DNA of 46,043 bases from an uncultured Candidatus Saccharibacteria bacterium. GTDB lineage: Bacteria; Patescibacteriota; Minisyncoccia; Minisyncoccales; GWA2-38-27. The stretch covers positions 1 through 46,043 of the forward strand of contig CAYXTC010000001.1 of the NCBI GenBank assembly GCA_964468405.1. The letters run 5' to 3'. The notes beneath the pieces are model-generated. The model did no database searches, had not been told where the DNA came from, and worked only from the letters and a program-made list of their open reading frames with translations. The first letter of the stretch is position 1, and every line of letters starts with the position of its first letter. Positions 41,538 through 46,043 of the stretch are shown here, one piece after another. The position numbers were made by a program, and so were the translations under genes.

Positions 41538-42040
41538 ACTTCCTCAGACCAACTTTTATCTATATAATTTTTTATCAATTCAATTTTCTTTTTGTCGTCT
41601 TTCCCTAACTTCTCTTGCCGATAATTATCCCTAAGCATTAATTCGTAAACCGCCAAAAAATGTTCTGCGGCAAGCCCTTTAAAGACGGCGCCCTCTTTGT
41701 TAAAAATTTCTAAATTGCCAAGATTAATTTCGGTTTTCTCTGGAAGGTCTTCCTGTCTGGCAAAGCCCACTGATTCTCCTTTTCTGGAAAATTCGTGTTC
41801 TTTTTCATCCACCAACTCGAACCCCAAATCTTGCATAAAGTAGATCAATTCTCCCCATCTCTTGCTAAGTAACTCTTCGGGGATCAGAATATCAATATCA
41901 TTCGCCTGCCCGTACTCCCCTATCTTTTTGTACAATCCCAAAGATCCGAAAAGAACAGGGACAACATTAAAAACTTTATTCAAGCCCCTGCTAACTTCCA
42001 AAAAGATTTCAAACTTTTTTTTGTTATTTTTTCTCTTCAT
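41534..42040 (-). CDS. Minimal nucleotidyltransferase-fold protein
   Basis: 168 aa. The GS...DIDIL pattern (LFGSLGLYKKIGEYGQANDIDILI) is typical of the pol-beta NTase superfamily. It overlaps dgkA by ATGA. Confidence 0.5.
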   Translation of the reverse strand: MKRKNNKKKFEIFLEVSRGLNKVFNVVPVLFGSLGLYKKIGEYGQANDIDILIPEELLSKRWGELIYFMQDLGFELVDEKEHEFSRKGESVGFARQEDLPEKTEINLGNLEIFNKEGAVFKGLAAEHFLAVYELMLRDNYRQEKLGKDDKKKIELIKNYIDKSWSEEV

Positions 42041-42117
42041 ATACTTATCTTATGATACTCTCTTTTCTTTGTTTCTTCAATAAAAAAGCCCTTAGTTATA
42101 GGGTTTTTGGATTGTTT

Positions 42118-42390
42118 TTAGTCTAGAGTATAAGCTTTTCCTCCGACAAAAAATCCTGCCACCAGGCCAATTAAAGAAAAGATTACCCACATAATAACAG
42201 CAAGGCGGGAAGTAGGCGTAGTGGCAATGGTCTCTATCGTGATAACTGTAAAAAGAAAGCTCATTGCCAAAGCGGAATTGCGAGTTATATGTACTTTCAC
42301 CGAAGGATTGGTTCTATTAATTCCCGCTCCTGCTAAACTTCCCCACAATAGGGTCGTTAAAAATACGAGGAAACACACAGCCAACACCAT
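42118..42390 (-). CDS. Small membrane protein (90 aa)
   Basis: Three hydrophobic segments are present. I recognise no family. Confidence 0.5.
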   Translation of the reverse strand: MVLAVCFLVFLTTLLWGSLAGAGINRTNPSVKVHITRNSALAMSFLFTVITIETIATTPTSRLAVIMWVIFSLIGLVAGFFVGGKAYTLD

Positions 42391-42474
42391 TTTCTGCTCC
42401 TTTCTCTTTTGTTAAAGATCAATAACTATATTCAGTTAAAGCATATTTGCTATTTATTTGTCAAATGAAAATCT

Positions 42475-43002
42475 TTACCTGGTCTTGGCGAAAAGATAGC
42501 AGTCCAAAAATCTGGTTCCCTTTTTTGTATATTTTTTCAAAATCCCTTCAAGTTCGTATCCCGCTTTCTCTAAAACCTTCATCGAGGCCTTGTTCCAAGG
42601 AAACACAGTGGCGTAAATTCTTCTAAAACCAACTTTATTAAAACCAAACACTGTTATTTTCTTAAGGGCCAGGGTAGTAATACCCCTCCCCCGGTATCTT
42701 TTATCCAGCCAGTACCCCACTTCTGCCTTGTGCCCCTCTATATTATCAAAACCCACAGAGCCTGCAACTTCCCCCTCAATATCAATCACAAAATTAATCA
42801 TCTTGGGCTTCTTTTTCTTCCTCTCTGCCAAATTTTTGCTTATCCAATTGTTCGCCTCTTGGGCAGTATAGGGAAAAGGGATTCCAGAAGTGTTCCGGGC
42901 AGTAGTTCTGTCATTAATATTCTCTCTTAAAGATTTTTCATCCCCTTTCTTGTAGGGTCTTAAGGTAAAATCTTTTGTTTTAATAATAGGTATTTTGACC
43001 AT
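42475..43002 (-). CDS. GNAT-family N-acetyltransferase (RimJ/RimL-like)
   Basis: 175 aa. It shows the acetyl-CoA binding pattern RYRGRGITTLALKK and a typical RimJ-like N-terminus (FTLRPYKKGDE). Confidence 0.8.
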   Translation of the reverse strand: MVKIPIIKTKDFTLRPYKKGDEKSLRENINDRTTARNTSGIPFPYTAQEANNWISKNLAERKKKKPKMINFVIDIEGEVAGSVGFDNIEGHKAEVGYWLDKRYRGRGITTLALKKITVFGFNKVGFRRIYATVFPWNKASMKVLEKAGYELEGILKKYTKKGTRFLDCYLFAKTR

Positions 43003-43074
43003 CCTAAAGTTTAAGATTGTTTTAAGAGTCAGTCCCTATGTCCGGCCCCCCTCCTAGATAAAACATCCTGTATG

Positions 43075-43145
43075 CTGCCGGGCCAGGATTCGAACCTGGA
43101 TTACTAGAGCCAAAATCTAGAGTGTTACCGTTACACCACCCGGCA
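43075..43145 (-). tRNA. tRNA-Gln (anticodon UUG), no encoded CCA
   Basis: The reverse complement is TGCCGGG-TG-GTGT-AACGGTA-ACAC-T-CTAGA-TTTTGGC-TCTAG-TAAT-CCAGG-TTCGAAT-CCTGG-CCCGGCA-G. It has a U1:A72 pair and discriminator G73, as in bacterial tRNA-Gln. Confidence 0.88.
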
Positions 43146-43817
43146 TTATTTATAAATTCCTTCTTTCCAACCCTCTATTTTTCTGTTAAAATTAGTACTT
43201 CTTTTTACAGTAACTTTAAGTAATCCGTAATAATCTTCTCCGACTTTTCTTCTTTTTGTCTTAATTTTATTTTTCTTCCAAGTTACCTTCCGAAACTCGT
43301 TAATCGGGAAACCTGTTTTTCTCGACCAGTATCTTTTAATCTCTCTCAATCTCTTCTCATTATTTTCGTGAAGAAATATCCTAAATTTTATACTTTCCTT
43401 AGGAATCTTGCATACATTCCTAAGCCAATCCAAAAAAATATTTATTAAATAAGGATCTGAATTTCCCAAACCAACTAAAGAACCTTTCTCTCTTTCTTTA
43501 TCTCCCTCAGCCCAATATAGTGCTATACCAACTAACCACAAATCTCTTTTACTAACTTTTCCAATTTCTTTTCTCGCCTTGTCTTTAATCCGTTCTGTTG
43601 TTAAAATTCTAATCCTTCGACGAGCTTCTGCTCCTCGCCTCATTGCCATCAACCTCTTTTCTGTCAATCTTTGTTTCTGTTTTTTGCTCAAACCGACACT
43701 TCTTAACCATAAAGACAATGTTGATTTAGCTACCGGAACTTTTTCTAAAAGCTCTCGATAAGAGAACCCTTTTTTTCTAAGCTTTATTGCTTCTTCTTTT
43801 TCCCTTGTTTTTGCCAT
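43146..43817 (-). CDS. Free-standing HTH + single-motif LAGLIDADG homing-endonuclease-like protein
   Basis: The N-terminal HTH (LRKKGFSYRELLEKVPVAKSTLSLWLR) is similar to that of the 1356-2207 protein. One LAGLIDADG-type motif is present (LVGIALYWAEGDK), followed by GNSDPYLINIFLDWL. The first ATG is at 43817; the track start at 43826 is a TTG. The stop codon TAA directly abuts nucleotide 1 of tRNA-Gln. Confidence 0.65.
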   Translation of the reverse strand: MAKTREKEEAIKLRKKGFSYRELLEKVPVAKSTLSLWLRSVGLSKKQKQRLTEKRLMAMRRGAEARRRIRILTTERIKDKARKEIGKVSKRDLWLVGIALYWAEGDKEREKGSLVGLGNSDPYLINIFLDWLRNVCKIPKESIKFRIFLHENNEKRLREIKRYWSRKTGFPINEFRKVTWKKNKIKTKRRKVGEDYYGLLKVTVKRSTNFNRKIEGWKEGIYK

Positions 43818-43863
43818 TTGAACCAAGGATATTTATTATTTAATTATACTACCTTGGTTCAAA
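43817..43863 (-). promoter_or_regulatory. 12-bp perfect inverted repeat bracketing a TATAAT box (candidate operator plus promoter)
   Basis: TTTGAACCAAGG (43817-43828) pairs with CCTTGGTTCAAA (43852-43863). The 23-nt AT-rich spacer contains a minus-strand TATAAT (43848..43843). Confidence 0.55.
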
Positions 43864-43875
43864 AATTTCAACATA

Positions 43876-44991
43876 CTACCCCCCAAGTCCTATAATATCA
43901 ACGATAGCTAATTCTAGGGGTAATTGGGGAATAGAAGAATAACGCATTTTGTTCTCTGCATCCAGGAACAAGTCGATCATCTTGTGAATCTTCTCTCCTC
44001 CGAAAGACTTTGCCTGTTCTTTAAAAGACTCCTTTTCTTCTTCTGTGAGGCCCAAGATAATAGGATTTTCATCCTCTGGGTTAATCTCCAGTATTAAAAG
44101 ACGCCTTAAGTATCTAATTAAGGCCCTGACAAACTCCTGAGGATCGAATCCTTTTTCCATAATCTGGGTTAAGAACTTTAGGGCCTCAGCCGAATTATTG
44201 TTTCTAATGTGCTCTAAAAAATGACTTATTAAACTATTATCTGCTATTCCTAGAATATCTCTTACCTTCTCTGCTTTTATCTCTTCAGAATTTTCTGTAT
44301 AGGCAAAAGTCAGTACCTGATCCAAAAGACTCTCTGCGTCCCTAACAGCCCCTCCTGAATTAAGAGCAATAAGCTCCAGGGCTGCCTTGTCTATCTTAAC
44401 CCCTTCTTTTTTACAGATATAGGACATTCTCTGCTCTATCTCGGGAAGTTTTAATTTCCTGAAGTCGAACCTCTGACACCTGGAAATAATAGTAGGCAGC
44501 ATTTTATGAACTTCGGTGGTGGCTAAGATAAAAATGGCATGAAGCGGAGGCTCCTCCAAGGTTTTTAAAAGAGCGTTAACTGCATCCTTGGAAAGTTGGT
44601 GGGCCTCATCCAGTATAAATACCTTGTATTTTTCTTTGGCAGGTGAAAACTTAATTCCTTCCCTTAATTCTCTAATTTCATCGATGCCCCTGTGCGAAGC
44701 AGCATCAATCTCAATTAAATCCAAGGACCTCCCTTTTATAATATCAAGACAAGAGGGACATTTGTTGCAGGGCTCTGCTTTTCCCTCTTTTCTGTTGTGG
44801 CAATTAAGGGCTTTGGCAAACAGCCTTGCCGTAGTAGTCTTACCCGTACCTCTTGGTCCTGAAAATAAATAGGCATGAGAAATCATCTCACGAGAAATAG
44901 CGTTAGTTAGTGTTTTGACTATGTGCTCTTGTCCTACAATCTCAGAGAAACTCTTTGGCCTGTATTTTCGGTAGAGAACCAAGTTAGACAT
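43876..44991 (-). CDS. dnaX: DNA polymerase III subunit gamma/tau (short form)
   Basis: It begins MSNLVLYRKYRPKSFSEIVGQ and carries GPRGTGKTT, a Cys module (CNKCPSC), DEAH and SRC. I place the start at the ATG at 44991, 1 nt after the upstream stop codon. The 52-codon N-terminal extension in the track overlaps the upstream gene. Confidence 0.88.
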   Translation of the reverse strand: MSNLVLYRKYRPKSFSEIVGQEHIVKTLTNAISREMISHAYLFSGPRGTGKTTTARLFAKALNCHNRKEGKAEPCNKCPSCLDIIKGRSLDLIEIDAASHRGIDEIRELREGIKFSPAKEKYKVFILDEAHQLSKDAVNALLKTLEEPPLHAIFILATTEVHKMLPTIISRCQRFDFRKLKLPEIEQRMSYICKKEGVKIDKAALELIALNSGGAVRDAESLLDQVLTFAYTENSEEIKAEKVRDILGIADNSLISHFLEHIRNNNSAEALKFLTQIMEKGFDPQEFVRALIRYLRRLLILEINPEDENPIILGLTEEEKESFKEQAKSFGGEKIHKMIDLFLDAENKMRYSSIPQLPLELAIVDIIGLGG

Positions 44992-44992
44992 A

Positions 44993-45688
44993 CTATTTCC
45001 CAGAAGGAGTAATAGGAACTTCTTTGTCTTTTTTCTTAAAAACAATAAACTTATACCCCAAAAAGTTCCACATAAACACACAGATAATAGCAACAAAGGC
45101 TCCGATATTAGCCCAAAGTTCAGGAGAAACACCAAACTGGGGGCCAATTATGTTAACAATGAAAGAAGCCACCCCTACGTTCAGAAGAAACCCTATGCCC
45201 GCTATTAGGTAGAACTTGCCGAATTCTTTCCCCCCTACCTTGGTTTCTTTGTGCTCGTAGGTCCAGAACTTGTTCCAGAAATAGGAGTTAACCACAGAAA
45301 CAGTAAAAGAAACTGCCTTAAAAACAGAGTAAAGCCATCCGGAAGCCATTCCTGAAATCAACATCAATATGTTTAAAATCCCCAAGTCAACAAAAGTGTT
45401 CAAAGCCCCTACCATTACAAATTTTGCCAGTTGGAATAAAACAGAAAATACCTTCCCGACCCAAAAAGCAATAACAGTCCCGACCAGAGCAAGCAAAGGA
45501 AGAACAATAGGAAGATAGATAATAACTCCGTCCACTGCCTCGGGCAGATTTAATGTTTTAGATACCCCCAATTTGGAAACAATAACAGCAATTAAAGCGA
45601 TAGCCTCCCCTATAACTAAAGGAAAAATATAGTCTGCTTTTCTCATATTAATCTCATTAATAATTATAAATCTTATTAAAACCTTCAT
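44993..45688 (-). CDS. GtrA-like membrane protein with N-terminal extension
   Basis: The C-terminal ~130 aa show the GtrA pattern (FVMVGALNTFVDLGILNILM ... YFWNKFWTYE). Two extra TM segments precede it. The start is uncertain (45688 or 45646). Confidence 0.65.
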   Translation of the reverse strand: MKVLIRFIIINEINMRKADYIFPLVIGEAIALIAVIVSKLGVSKTLNLPEAVDGVIIYLPIVLPLLALVGTVIAFWVGKVFSVLFQLAKFVMVGALNTFVDLGILNILMLISGMASGWLYSVFKAVSFTVSVVNSYFWNKFWTYEHKETKVGGKEFGKFYLIAGIGFLLNVGVASFIVNIIGPQFGVSPELWANIGAFVAIICVFMWNFLGYKFIVFKKKDKEVPITPSGK

Positions 45689-45729
45689 CTATATTAACTT
45701 TTTAAAAAATCAAAAGCAAGAAGCGCTAT

Positions 45730-45755
45730 AAAAAAAGCCCTCTTTAAAAGAAGGA
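45730..45755 (-). terminator. Rho-independent terminator ending the right-edge non-coding region
   Basis: The minus strand reads CCTTCTT-TTAA-AGAGGG(C), followed by TTTTTTT. The motif is nearly identical to the terminator at 38554-38580. Confidence 0.7.
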
Positions 45756-46043
45756 TTTGTCTGAAATTCTCTTGAGTGTTCGGATCTTGGCGCCGAAGTC
45801 CTCTGCGATGGTTTGAAGAACTTTTAAGTCCAATTCTCTTTGCTCTGGCATAATCCTGAAAGTCGCCCTTGGCCGGATAATCCAAGGCAACCCCACTCCC
45901 GGTTTCTTTTCTGTAAACCAAGAGGTTGTACCAAGTGACTAAGTTAACCACTTTTTTGCATCGCAAGAGTCAATATTAACCCGAGGATACGGAAGGCCGT
46001 GGTTTCTGTGGCCCTGACAGGAAGAAAGGGATCTTATCCCAAG
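45756..46043 (-). ncRNA. Candidate structured non-coding RNA or leader of unknown class (5' end outside the window)
   Basis: About 290 nt has no credible ORF and is richer in G+C than other intergenic DNA here. Several local hairpins are visible: GGGAT-AAG-ATCCC, AGGGCC..GGCCTT, AAGTG..CACTT, GGTTT-ACAGAAAAG-AAACC and CCTTGG..CCAAGG. There is one long-range pairing, CTCTTGCGATG with CATCGCAGAG. The region ends in a terminator on the minus strand. Confidence 0.4.

Noticed and set aside
44992-45147. 52-codon N-terminal extension of dnaX in the ORF track
   Set aside because: The extension lies entirely inside the upstream GtrA-like coding region. The canonical DnaX N-terminus, MSNLVLYRKYRP, begins at the ATG at 44991, directly after the upstream stop codon.
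45840-45900. Possible TPP riboswitch (GGGGUUGC..hairpin..GGAUUAUGCCAGAG resembles GGGGUGC...CUGGAUAAUGCCAGCG)
   Set aside because: The invariant CUGAGA element and the ACCC strand closing P2 are absent, and the P5 stem does not pair properly. The downstream genes (GtrA-like, dnaX) have no link to thiamine.
45694-45966. 90-aa ORF on the minus strand at the right edge
   Set aside because: It starts at a TTG and is very basic and of low complexity. It reads straight through a hairpin plus T-run terminator and the promoter region of the next gene. It is better explained as non-coding structured sequence.
45890-46043. Possible RNase P RNA (two ACAGAAA motifs on the minus strand; GAAAGUC on the plus strand)
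   Set aside because: The two motifs are only about 95 nt apart. The GGUAAGGGUGAAAGGGUG-type region and a CCGGCUUA-like P4 strand are missing, and the GAAAGUC match is on the opposite strand. The case cannot be supported without the flanking sequence and a covariance model.
1-46043. CRISPR arrays, rRNA genes, IS elements, known toxin-antitoxin or defence operons, and alternative genetic code
   Set aside because: I saw no regularly spaced direct repeats, no rRNA-like sequence, and no transposase, integrase or reverse transcriptase. Long ORFs are intact under the standard code, and TGA is repeatedly used as a stop in ATGA overlaps. Recoding such as UGA=Gly is therefore not supported.
46024-46043. 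Plus-strand AUCUUAUCCCAAG at the very end as the start of a SAM-I riboswitch
   Set aside because: Only about 13 nt are visible, and the resemblance to UCUUAUCAAGAG is partial. It cannot be evaluated without downstream sequence.

Overview
This is an AT-rich, very tightly packed bacterial chromosome segment. Many neighbouring genes overlap by 1-11 nt, and the standard code applies, with TGA used as a stop. Gene content and trimmed domain architectures suggest an uncultivated small-genome lineage such as Patescibacteria/CPR, but that is inference only.

Left part (1-10.5 kb):
- a partial tRNA-Ala and a PlsC-type acyltransferase
- a cassette of tRNA-Lys, an HTH-LAGLIDADG protein and a B116-like protein
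- the heat-shock operon hrcA-grpE-hsp20-dnaK-dnaJ behind a CIRCE operator
- two divergently transcribed GT39-type membrane glycosyltransferases

Middle part (10.5-31.6 kb, all minus strand): a dispersed cell-wall and division cluster of ftsQ, a FemAB-like gene, murF, murG, ftsW, murD, murI, mraY, a DD-carboxypeptidase and murC. It is interleaved with serS, lysS, aspS, a DegT aminotransferase, a CapA-like protein and an alpha/beta hydrolase. At 28.7-29.7 kb it is interrupted by a visibly G+C-richer micro-island of three tiny secreted or membrane proteins.

Right part (31.7-46 kb):
- unknown-function genes, including an internally duplicated protein and a stand-alone PolX 8-kDa/HhH-domain protein
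- fmt-efp
- a UvrD-type helicase fused to a Cas4/AddB-like nuclease
- an accessory-looking stretch: WG-repeat protein, TspO, eukaryote-type pyrimidine 5'-nucleotidase, DUF3175, DgkA, a nucleotidyltransferase and a GNAT
- tRNA-Gln directly abutted by a second HTH-LAGLIDADG gene
- dnaX and a GtrA-like protein
- about 300 nt of non-coding, hairpin-rich sequence that runs off the window

I saw no CRISPR array, rRNA, transposase or recognisable defence system.

The observations most worth a second look:
- the two LAGLIDADG genes joined to tRNA genes with zero spacer
- sigma70-like -10 boxes sitting 5-10 nt from start codons, which suggests leaderless mRNAs
- a MurF whose N-terminal domain is replaced by a polytopic membrane domain
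- a DnaJ with HPH in place of the HPD motif
- the unassigned structured region at the right edge
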